Shown here: piece after piece, positions 53,916-61,942 of the stretch
Layout: the number at the start of each line of letters is the position of its first letter
Numbering within the stretch: position 1 is the first letter of the stretch
Source: Patescibacteria group bacterium UBA6201
GTDB taxonomy: Bacteria > Patescibacteriota > Minisyncoccia > Phycocordibacterales > UBA918
DNA length: 61,942 bases
Direction: 5' to 3'
Assembly: GCA_002422025.1 (NCBI GenBank)
Contig: DISV01000004.1
Coordinates: 216,367-278,308 of the forward strand
The notes under the pieces: model-generated
The model's input: the letters and a program-made list of their open reading frames with translations, nothing else
Database searches by the model: none
What the model was told of the DNA's origin: nothing
Translations under genes and position numbers: made by a program

Positions 53916-54614
53916 ATGCTGAATGTTTATTTTGGAAACGATACGGTCAAAGTGCGTCAAAAGGCTTTTGATTATGTAGATAAGGAAAAAGATGAGGCTA
54001 GCTTAGTGTTAATTGATGCCGATAATTATGAAGCGGGTATCTTGGAAGTAGCCGCTGGAGGGGTTTCATTGTTCGGCAGTAAGTATTTTTATGTTTTGGA
54101 TAATTGGTCAGTTAATCCTTCGGCCTATGAAGAATTAATTAAGCACCTAGGACAGTTGAGTGAGTCAGAACATACTTTTGTAGTCGTGGAAGGGTCAATG
54201 TTGGCGCCTGAAAAAAAGAAGTTCGAAAAGCATGCGAATAAACTTGAAGAGTACAAAAGTGAGGCTACTAATAGTTTCAATAGTTTCTCACTGGCTGACG
54301 CCTTCACTAAAAGGGACAGGAAGTTACTCTGGCTTTTGTGGAATGAAGCCCTACTCTCAGGGAATAGTGGTGAAGAGTTGGCAGGAATACTGTGGTGGCA
54401 AATAAAGACACTACGTTTGGCTCAGGTTGGAGATAGCGCTGCCTCTGTTGGACTTAAAGATTTTCCTTTCACCAAGGCCAAGCGCGCACTCGGGAACTTT
54501 AAGAGTGGGGAACTTGAAAAACTTTCCCGCGACCTACTTACACTGATACACGAAAGTCGACTAGGTAAGTTCGAGCTTCCGCTTGCACTCGAGCGTTGGA
54601 TATTAAAGATTTGA
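53916..54614 (+). CDS. holA: Possible DNA polymerase III delta subunit (HolA-like, short)
   Basis: 232 aa, helical C-terminus, position after polA. Only weak resemblance to HolA N-domain patterns. Confidence 0.35.
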   Translation: MLNVYFGNDTVKVRQKAFDYVDKEKDEASLVLIDADNYEAGILEVAAGGVSLFGSKYFYVLDNWSVNPSAYEELIKHLGQLSESEHTFVVVEGSMLAPEKKKFEKHANKLEEYKSEATNSFNSFSLADAFTKRDRKLLWLLWNEALLSGNSGEELAGILWWQIKTLRLAQVGDSAASVGLKDFPFTKAKRALGNFKSGELEKLSRDLLTLIHESRLGKFELPLALERWILKI

Positions 54615-54655
54615 TTGAAAAAAATAAGCTACAGGGTTATAGTGTGGTCCGTTAT

Positions 54656-54728
54656 CCGCCCATAGCTCAGCTGGTAGAGCAGATCCCTTTTAAGGATAAG
54701 GTCCCTGGTTCGAGCCCAGGTGGGCGGA
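54656..54728 (+). tRNA. tRNA-Lys (anticodon TTT), CCA not encoded
   Basis: Acceptor CCGCCCA/TGGGCGG, D arm GCTC-AGCTGGTA-GAGC, anticodon loop CTTTTAA, T arm CCTGG-TTCGAGC-CCAGG, discriminator A. Confidence 0.85.
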
Positions 54729-54736
54729 CACGAGAG

Positions 54737-54763
54737 AAAAACAGTGCCTGCGCACTGTTTTTT
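54737..54763 (+). terminator. Intrinsic terminator after tRNA-Lys
   Basis: aaaaacagtgc-ctgc-gcactgtttttt. Confidence 0.75.
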
Positions 54764-55107
54764 CAATACGTGTCCGAGCCGCAGCGATGTATTTTCCTCC
54801 TCTAAAGAGGGAAATACTGCGAGGCGGGCTCGCGAGTACTTAGTAGAATTTGTGCGGAGCACCAATTATACTTAGTAACTCGTGAGGACATCCAGCGTTA
54901 GTCACGGCGCTTGTCCGAACCGGAGCGATACCTTTCACTCAAACGAAGAATGAAAGATGAGTGAGGCGGGGTCGCGCGCCGTTAGAAAATTAATGAAAGA
55001 AGTGAATATAATTTTCAACGGACTTGTGACGACACGTAACAGTGTCGATTATACTTAGATTAAATCACCTGGGAGGTGATTTAATCGTGACGACAAGCCA
55101 AACAATT

Positions 55108-55578
55108 ATGAAAAAGACTATTATAATCCTCGACAACATCCGCTCTGCACACAATGTTGGCTCAGTCTTTCGTACGTCCGATGGTGCTGGGGTGGAAAAA
55201 ATATATCTTCTCGGTACCACCCCATCTCCACGGGACCGGTTTGGTAGGGAAGTACCAGAGATTAAGAAGACTTCACTCGGTGCATCAGCAATGGTGAATT
55301 GGGAACATATAGATAATGAAGATACTGAGGCACTACTTCTACGTCTTAAGAGTGAGGGTTTTGAACTCGTGGCAGTTGAACAAACTCCAACCGGTACCTC
55401 TCTTTACGATTTTATTCCGTCAGACAAAACTTGTTACATATTTGGTAATGAAATAGACGGAGTGGGGTCGAGGCTTTTAGATACTGCAAGCAAAGCAATA
55501 GAAATTCCAATGAAGGGAAAGAAGGAATCCCTAAACGTGTCTGTGACAGTCGGAGTCGTACTCTTTAGAAACGGCTAA
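55108..55578 (+). CDS. TrmH/SpoU-family RNA 2'-O-methyltransferase
   Basis: NIRSAHNVGSVFRTSDGAGV, FGNEIDGV and IPMKGKKESLNVSVTVGVVLF are the three SpoU motifs. The ATG at 55108 is preferred. Confidence 0.85.
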   Translation: MKKTIIILDNIRSAHNVGSVFRTSDGAGVEKIYLLGTTPSPRDRFGREVPEIKKTSLGASAMVNWEHIDNEDTEALLLRLKSEGFELVAVEQTPTGTSLYDFIPSDKTCYIFGNEIDGVGSRLLDTASKAIEIPMKGKKESLNVSVTVGVVLFRNG

Positions 55579-55704
55579 TTAGAGCCAGATTTAAGACTTT
55601 TCAACACCTTATCCCTAGGGTTGCTTTTAAGTCAAATCTGTGATATACTATAAAAAGTAAAACCAGGGCATGAGCCCTGACAGCAAATTGAAAGGAGAGG
55701 TGCA

Positions 55705-56214
55705 ATGCGCATGTCCATTAAGATGTTCTTGTTTATGACGATTGCCGCCTTGGCAGTCGGAAATTTTGACAAGATAAAGACCTGGTGGTCGACAGACCAC
55801 CAGGTCAACGAAACTGTGTCGGACAAGTTCATCACTTTGCCAAACAGTGAGGTCAATGCAAAACTCATCGCAGTGCGCAACTACTGCGGTGATATGAAGT
55901 TGGCAGTTCTCGAACTAGAGAGTCGGATTGGAGATGACGATGGTGAAGCTGCTGCCATCTCCTATTCGGAACTTGTTGGAGATGTCGTTGACGCACTCAC
56001 GTACGAGGGCATAATCCCGACCGGATGTGCTGTAGTAAGTGAAGAAGGATGGTTGGTCATGTTTTCAACCGAAGGCGATATGGTTGTAGGTCTGAATGGT
56101 CACTCTATTACCACTTATTCCGAAGTTCTTCGCCAGTCACAACAAGACGAAGTCACTGAATGGAGGTCTGTCTGGGACCGGATGCGTGATTTCGCCAAAG
56201 AGAAACGCGGCTAA
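55705..56214 (+). CDS. Hypothetical exported or anchored protein
   Basis: N-terminal hydrophobic segment. This is the only gene in the window with a strong AGGAGA Shine-Dalgarno (55693-55698). Confidence 0.55.
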   Translation: MRMSIKMFLFMTIAALAVGNFDKIKTWWSTDHQVNETVSDKFITLPNSEVNAKLIAVRNYCGDMKLAVLELESRIGDDDGEAAAISYSELVGDVVDALTYEGIIPTGCAVVSEEGWLVMFSTEGDMVVGLNGHSITTYSEVLRQSQQDEVTEWRSVWDRMRDFAKEKRG

Positions 56215-56241
56215 TCTCAATATCTGCGCCTCTCAAAACTT

Positions 56242-56280
56242 AGGACCTCACACAAGCTTACTTGTGATTGAGGTCCTTTT
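56242..56280. terminator. Bidirectional terminator between convergent genes
   Basis: aggacctca ... tgaggtcct stem with an inner cacaag/cttgtg stem, followed by tttt. Confidence 0.7.
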
Positions 56281-56295
56281 TATTATTGAAGTTGC

Positions 56296-59200
56296 TTACT
56301 TAATTATCACTTCAATACTCCTATCGTCCACTCCAAACTCATTGTTTCTTTGTCCGCCACATTCAATACTGTATACAGCACTACGTTCAGAAATATTATA
56401 TCCCTCACTCTCAGTGTCGCCGGTCGTCATGGCGCGGTTACGCACTGTCAGAGAATAGTTACCATTGTCATTAAGGAAGGGAAGGCATTGTTGGTAGGAC
56501 GAACCATTCCATCGGAAGTAGAGTTCTGAGTCGTTACTCACATTGACTGACGGAGCGCTAGTCCAATTGAGGATAGTTTGACCTTGGCTATCAACAGCTT
56601 TAACTTCAAAAGTGATTTCGTTGGTGACATTAGGCTTGAAACTCTCTTCCTCAGTAGTGGTAGTTTCAGGAACCGTTGCTACTGTTGAGGTGGAGACAAT
56701 TTTCTCACTCGTTTCTGTAATCAGGCTACTCATGTCTAGATCCTGGAAAGCGGAGAAACGAATCATTTCGGATAGTTGTTGGCGGTCAAGTGTTCCGACT
56801 CCGTCGAAGGTTTCAAAGTGGGTAGCTATTTGATCGACAAAGTCTTGCTTTTCACCTCCGCCACAACGCACTGCTCGGAAAGCTTGGTCAGAAGTTGCTC
56901 CCGATATCGCACCTCGCGCTATCACTACTTCATAAAGATAAGGGCGAGTGAGGCCAGGGACGAATGGGCAGTCTGCTTCGACATCGAGCAGAACTAGTAC
57001 TGATTGGATATCGCCCATAGTTATTTCTCCATCGTCTGAAGGCACGATATTTCCAAAGTCAGTCACTATCGGATTATTGTCGCTGTCATTATTGCGGAAT
57101 AGGTCCAAAGCTGAAAGACCAACATTTTTCAGGGTCTCTACTATTTTTGATATAACCGGGCTGGTTGATGGGGGAGGGATTTCTACTGACTCTGCAATAA
57201 GCTCCAGGACATTCCCAACGAAGCCGGTCTCGACGAAGCGTTCATTCATATAGCGATAGGAAGTATATTTGGGCACAGTAGTTCCGCGGACCTCTCCATT
57301 AACTAGATATACGCGATAAATGTAGTATTCGTCGGCTGGGATTTTACTATCAGGATCGATAAGCGCACGTGTGACTGTACTGATGTCACTTAATTGATAC
57401 GAGCTGGTGTCGGTGAACAGGGAATTAAGTAGGTTGGACAGAGGATTTCCTTGAGGTAAGATACCGGCGTTTTCTGATACCTCGACCAGCTCTCCGTCTT
57501 GGTAGTACTCGACGGTGTAGACGTATCTAGGGTCATTGACTGATTCATACCAAACCCCATTTACGATTACTGGTGCATAAGTACCGTCAGAGTAGATTAC
57601 ATTCTGATGCTGATCATCGAGAATGATGCTTGGTTCGACAAAGTCTGAGTAAGCATCGACTTCGTTTTCTGGCTCAATCTCTGCATATGACGCGTAATCA
57701 ACAGCAAGTTGACCTTCTGAGTCGTATAGTCCATCGATAGCAAAGTAAGTATCTCCAGTGTTACCGTCTACTTGGATAAGTACCTTAACTATAGGTTTTG
57801 AGGAGGTTGCTGTATATTCACCACTATTGTCAAAAAGGTAATCATTTTGGTTTGTGTTTGTCCCTTGTGTCAGGCTGGTTGGTGTATTAGTGGTAGGATT
57901 TTCTGACCCAGATGATGGATTGGTAGGTATCGCCTCTGCTTGGGTAGGGGATGATTCTTGATCTGTAATCTGGCTACCTTCCTCAGTTTCTGATTCAGGG
58001 TCGTCATCACCCAGAACGCTTGCCATAACAGCGATGACTGCAGCGACAGCACCATAAACTGTTAGGCCAGCGCGCTCCACGACGTTAAGGGAGTTTGGTG
58101 TCCCGGTATTGCCAGGACCGACGTTACCTAAATTATTAGGAGGAGTACCAGTCCTGCCTCCAGGAATAGATGGTGCAGTACCTCCTCCGGCTCCTACTGG
58201 AGCCTGAGGATTAGCAGAAATTGATCCGTTTGGTGATGTTAGTTCTGTGACCTGTGAAGGAGTGTTTAGTCCAGTTGTGGGTGTTGAAGCTGAAGGAATA
58301 TTAGGTACACCTATCATTGGTGATGAGGGGGGTTGACTGATTGCTGGTGGAGTAGTGGGTGTGGATGCGGGTACTCCAGAAACTGGAGTAACGACTGCCG
58401 TTTGTGCGGGTACTGATTGTTGATCTGCTCTATATGCAGCTAGATCAAAATTCTGTGCAGCATTTAATCCGTGTTTATGAGCCGTTATCAGCCAAGCTGG
58501 AGCATTCGCGACTTTACCCTTAGCTCCCCAAGCCAGAGGGGATCCTCCGCCGATGTGTATTGTACTGCCACCCATATAATTCACACCTGCTCCAACTCCA
58601 GTAGCTCCTGCTTTTACTACATCTTCAATAAATTTTTCAAAAACAGGCAGATCATTTGGGTTGGTGAAGTCTAGTACCCGACCAGTGATAGGGTCTTGCA
58701 GGTATCCATCCGCTGCGTTGCCGTGGTCATGTCTGCTGCTTCCAGTACGATCAGTTGATTTAGCTAGGCCACTATTTACTTCTGCTTTTGTGGCCTGACC
58801 TCCAGAAGTGACCACAAAAGTTACTCCGTTTTTCTCGGCAGCGTAGTCGAGTTGATCTTGTAAAGTGATAGCTATAGGTTGTTTTCTGTGTGTGGCATTT
58901 TGATTTTTTAATACCACGCGTTCGACTGTTGCTGGGGTCGTAGGTTGATTGGTAGTGGTCAGATTCGCTGGAGGCGTCGCTACATCGGTATTAACTTGTG
59001 TTGTAGGGTTTGGTTGTTGTGCCTGTGGCTTTAGTAATTGATCCAACAAACTAGCAGCTGTTTTAACAGCAATAATGGTGGGGGAGAGTTCGGTCGTTGC
59101 GGCCACAATTTGCACCACGTCTTGTACTATTTGTGGAGCCGATACAGCAGTAGGTTGATTTGCAGTAACTTTTGTTGAGGTAAGGCTTTGACTGCCAGAG

Positions 59201-61923
59201 CGAGCAAGTTCAAAACCGGTTTCGATCTGCTCGCGAGAGAATTGGTTCGTACCAACTTCTTCAACAGTCACAGCCTCCATATATGCTACTGCTTTGTTTT
59301 TATCCATTATGTCGAATGGAGTATCAGGATCTATGCCCATATGGTTGGCTACGTTACTTATGTAGTCTGACTGGTTGGGATTTTCAAAAGCGGGAGTGGC
59401 TCTTTCTATGCGTTCACGCACGGTCGTTACACCAATTTCTTGGTAGCTTTGTTGGATTAAGTAAGCAGCACGAAAACCATGTTCAGGGTCAATAAAAGTC
59501 TCAAAAGACCTCACGCCATCTTTCACTTCTCCTACCCAGTCGTTATTGGAACCGCGCTCCCTAATGTTTGTTGGGTTGTTCTGAGTTACTCCGAGGGGGT
59601 CTGATGCAGCTGGTTTAATACCAAAAAGTTCATTGATTCCAGTTGTAAAACCATCGCTTACTGTCGTTAAAGCTCGTCTGACTGGATTTTTACTTGTTGT
59701 AGGTGCAGATTGTTCAATATTTGCATAACTAGCAGGACCAGCTTGGACAGGTGTATTTGGATTGGCCGTTACTTGAGTGGAAGGAGTTTGAGTTTGTATT
59801 GCTGGTGTTTGGTCTACTGGGGTGCTCGGAGGGGGAGAGGTTACTTCTGACACAGCAGTCTCTGTTGGGGCGTCGGAAGTAGTAGCTCCAGGAACTGCAG
59901 TGGCCGGCATTACTGACGCAGACTTTGTACCTACTGCCTGGGTATTAGCTACTGGTGCTTGTGTTGCTGGCGTTATATCGTTAGCTGATCGGACCGAAAC
60001 AGTAGTTGGTGTTGTAGGGCTAATATCATTAGCGGTGCGGGAAATTGCAGTATTTATCGTGTCGACAACACCAGAAAACGATCGACTGATGGCAGCTGGG
60101 TTTGGCGATAGTGTAGAGGATAGCATTTCCGCTACAGCCATAGCTGTAGCGGTGACATTTCTTGGTGTGACAGATGGTGTCATGGCTTGAGCTGTTCCAG
60201 AAAAAGAGTCGTTGTATCTCGTCACTCCGGGAATTGCTGAATTATCCATTGTCGAAACAGGGGTTGGTACATTGTCTGTCAATGAGGCAGGTGCTGGAGT
60301 TGTTGCGGCTGGTGAAGCGGGAGAAGTCATCGCATTATTGTTGGCGACCGCCGGGCTGGTAGGATTTTGTGTTGCACTTTTATATCCTACAAAAGTAGTG
60401 TTTGTAGGATTAGTGGCAATATTCGGAGTCGTTGGTACGTTGTCGTTGACTGCGGTTTGTCCAGTCGTACTGAACCGACCTTCTACAACACTGGCAGTAG
60501 TTGTGTGAGGTGATGAAATAGTCACCGTATTGGTGGTGTAGTCATAAGACATGGTGACATTGCTAGTTGGCGTTGTATTGTCGATGGCACTGATAGGAGC
60601 TACAGAATGGCTAGTAGGCGTAGGAGTGTCTGCGAATCGTCCGCCCACTACCGCAACATTGTCTACTGTCGATAAGCCCCTTAATCCAGGTGAAAAGGCA
60701 GAAAATCCCATAAAGTCCATCATGGCCACACCTATGGCGCGGCGACCTAACACTGCAGCTTGAGCATCAAGAGTAGAAGCGTTTGAGATTTGGTTCTTTT
60801 CTCGCTGAGTCAATTGATTATATGGATCGGCTACGCCAGCTGCAGTTAGTGTGTCAATTACGGCTTGGGCCGGCATATCTATCTCTGTGGCTAGAGTCTT
60901 AGTGTCGACGTAATCTGTAACTCCTGATAATGTTGCGAGGCCTGGAACGGAATTTACAACAACGTTAACTACCTCATCCACTTGTCTAGCAATTGTGTTG
61001 GCGGCAGTTGGACTGAGTCCAACTTTGAGTCCTAAACTTTCCATAAATGAAGGAGCAGGTGCAATTGCTGCATAAGTTGGGGCAGGAGTGATTCCAAATG
61101 CTGCGTCTACATCAAGAGTAGCTAGTTTTGAGTTATTAATTACTTCGGTTAGTGCTGCTGTTGTGGGGTTGGCCTTTGCGGTGTTGATACGGGCATCAAA
61201 GGCGTCTACACGTGTTTGTATAGATGCAAGTGTCTTCATGGATGTGTTTACTTGACCAAGTTCCTCCTGGGTGGCGACTGCGTCTGCCAATGTACTCACT
61301 TCGGCAGCTTTTTGTTCAGCTAATGCGGCTACTGCTTGGTTGGTTACGGTTTTATCAATCAAAGCATTTGTTCTAGCGTCTAGTGCTGCAATTTGTGCCT
61401 CTACAGCAGCAATTTGTGCACGTTGAGTATCTGTCATGACACTTACGTCTAGATAATTGTTTATAGGATTGAGTTGGTCAAGACGGTCTTTCAGTTGAGT
61501 TTTTATGCTAGCTAGACGTCCTATTTCCGTGCCAAGAGCTACTTGCAAGTACTGGTCTGCAAGACTCATTGAAGAATTAGGGCTCTGAGTCGATGGGGAA
61601 GTAGATGGCTCAGACACAAAACTCCCTAAAGAAAAACTGGTAGCGTCAATGGTCTGGTTGGTCGTATTAAAAGATTGGGTGGGAGTGACACCAGCGACTG
61701 GAGTGTGTGAAATATTTACATTTGTCAGATTAGTCGACAGGGTGGTCGCTTGTTGAGACAATGGTGTCGGATTCATTAGAGTACTGTGTGCTACTGGTGT
61801 AGTAGGTCTAGTATTAATTTGAGCACGGTCGGCCAAGGCAGCAGATAGAGCAGTATTAATATCAGTGGTTGGTGCGGTTACACCCCCAAACCTAGCAGTA
61901 TCAAAGGTTCCTATATTACTCAC
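56296..61923 (-). CDS. Giant multidomain protein (at least 1875 aa; the ORF is still open at the window edge) with a LAS/M15-like peptidoglycan peptidase signature and one internal TM helix
   Basis: Uninterrupted ORF. Coiled-coil-like Ala/Gln-rich region at about aa 120-260. Thr/Pro/Ala-rich tract at about aa 430-750. NNPTNIR...WVGEV domain at about aa 780-900. SRHDHGNAAD (H1065-x6-D1072) plus a later IHIGG at about aa 1123. TM helix at about aa 1286-1305. C-terminal beta-rich region of about 570 aa. Confidence 0.8.
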   Translation of the reverse strand: MSNIGTFDTARFGGVTAPTTDINTALSAALADRAQINTRPTTPVAHSTLMNPTPLSQQATTLSTNLTNVNISHTPVAGVTPTQSFNTTNQTIDATSFSLGSFVSEPSTSPSTQSPNSSMSLADQYLQVALGTEIGRLASIKTQLKDRLDQLNPINNYLDVSVMTDTQRAQIAAVEAQIAALDARTNALIDKTVTNQAVAALAEQKAAEVSTLADAVATQEELGQVNTSMKTLASIQTRVDAFDARINTAKANPTTAALTEVINNSKLATLDVDAAFGITPAPTYAAIAPAPSFMESLGLKVGLSPTAANTIARQVDEVVNVVVNSVPGLATLSGVTDYVDTKTLATEIDMPAQAVIDTLTAAGVADPYNQLTQREKNQISNASTLDAQAAVLGRRAIGVAMMDFMGFSAFSPGLRGLSTVDNVAVVGGRFADTPTPTSHSVAPISAIDNTTPTSNVTMSYDYTTNTVTISSPHTTTASVVEGRFSTTGQTAVNDNVPTTPNIATNPTNTTFVGYKSATQNPTSPAVANNNAMTSPASPAATTPAPASLTDNVPTPVSTMDNSAIPGVTRYNDSFSGTAQAMTPSVTPRNVTATAMAVAEMLSSTLSPNPAAISRSFSGVVDTINTAISRTANDISPTTPTTVSVRSANDITPATQAPVANTQAVGTKSASVMPATAVPGATTSDAPTETAVSEVTSPPPSTPVDQTPAIQTQTPSTQVTANPNTPVQAGPASYANIEQSAPTTSKNPVRRALTTVSDGFTTGINELFGIKPAASDPLGVTQNNPTNIRERGSNNDWVGEVKDGVRSFETFIDPEHGFRAAYLIQQSYQEIGVTTVRERIERATPAFENPNQSDYISNVANHMGIDPDTPFDIMDKNKAVAYMEAVTVEEVGTNQFSREQIETGFELARSGSQSLTSTKVTANQPTAVSAPQIVQDVVQIVAATTELSPTIIAVKTAASLLDQLLKPQAQQPNPTTQVNTDVATPPANLTTTNQPTTPATVERVVLKNQNATHRKQPIAITLQDQLDYAAEKNGVTFVVTSGGQATKAEVNSGLAKSTDRTGSSRHDHGNAADGYLQDPITGRVLDFTNPNDLPVFEKFIEDVVKAGATGVGAGVNYMGGSTIHIGGGSPLAWGAKGKVANAPAWLITAHKHGLNAAQNFDLAAYRADQQSVPAQTAVVTPVSGVPASTPTTPPAISQPPSSPMIGVPNIPSASTPTTGLNTPSQVTELTSPNGSISANPQAPVGAGGGTAPSIPGGRTGTPPNNLGNVGPGNTGTPNSLNVVERAGLTVYGAVAAVIAVMASVLGDDDPESETEEGSQITDQESSPTQAEAIPTNPSSGSENPTTNTPTSLTQGTNTNQNDYLFDNSGEYTATSSKPIVKVLIQVDGNTGDTYFAIDGLYDSEGQLAVDYASYAEIEPENEVDAYSDFVEPSIILDDQHQNVIYSDGTYAPVIVNGVWYESVNDPRYVYTVEYYQDGELVEVSENAGILPQGNPLSNLLNSLFTDTSSYQLSDISTVTRALIDPDSKIPADEYYIYRVYLVNGEVRGTTVPKYTSYRYMNERFVETGFVGNVLELIAESVEIPPPSTSPVISKIVETLKNVGLSALDLFRNNDSDNNPIVTDFGNIVPSDDGEITMGDIQSVLVLLDVEADCPFVPGLTRPYLYEVVIARGAISGATSDQAFRAVRCGGGEKQDFVDQIATHFETFDGVGTLDRQQLSEMIRFSAFQDLDMSSLITETSEKIVSTSTVATVPETTTTEEESFKPNVTNEITFEVKAVDSQGQTILNWTSAPSVNVSNDSELYFRWNGSSYQQCLPFLNDNGNYSLTVRNRAMTTGDTESEGYNISERSAVYSIECGGQRNNEFGVDDRSIEVIIK

Positions 61924-61942
61924 CGCACCAGCCCTCCCCGCA

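Noticed and set aside
54596-54865. ORFs 54596-54805 (+) and 54629-54865 (-)
   Set aside because: Both are translated through the tRNA-Lys gene and its terminator, so they are artefacts.
55632-55880. 82-aa minus-strand ORF overlapping the start of the 55705 gene
   Set aside because: It is antisense to an ORF that has a strong Shine-Dalgarno and a signal-like N-terminus, and it has no features of its own.

Overview
This is an origin-proximal chromosomal segment (rpmH-rnpA-yidC / dnaA-dnaN) from a small-genome bacterium. By inference it is a Patescibacteria/CPR (Parcubacteria-like) organism: it has PrgI-type and T4SS-pilin-type proteins, very sparse Shine-Dalgarno use, tRNA genes without encoded CCA next to a cca gene, and shortened YebC and HolA. 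The standard genetic code fits all calls. About 50 protein genes can be supported.

Main gene content:
- Housekeeping genes: cca, xth, ABC-F, MATE, mltG, cspA-like, rpsO, comM/yifB, pcrA, rsmA, a class A PBP, tyrS, ruvC, yebC, ruvB, tsaE, polA, holA-like and a TrmH-family methyltransferase.
- A CsoR-controlled copper module: csoR, DUF305, DUF411 and a CPH-type P1B ATPase.
- An ECF sigma factor with an anti-sigma-like partner.
- A LysM/M23 hydrolase, a FIST protein, and an orphan PilB/GspE ATPase.
- Two tRNAs: Arg-TCG and Lys-TTT.

Most interesting observations:
1. An 11-kb Gram-positive-type type IV secretion-like locus (26237-37496). It encodes PrgI/VirB3-like, VirB4, VirB6/TrbL-like and VirB2-like pilin proteins plus six unknown membrane or secreted proteins. 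No relaxase, coupling protein or integrase is present in the window.
2. An ORF of at least 1875 aa that is still open at the window edge. It has a coiled coil, a Thr/Pro-rich tract, a LAS/M15-type peptidoglycan-peptidase signature and a single internal TM helix.
3. Two ORF-free, strongly structured candidate ncRNA loci (1820-2090 and 48940-49252).
4. A 79-nt element repeated upstream of the VirB4-N-like gene and upstream of the gene after dnaN, with a compensatory base-pair change between copies.
5. A REP-like hairpin family.
6. A recurrent promoter architecture that implies leaderless mRNAs.

I saw no CRISPR array, transposase, integrase or rRNA.
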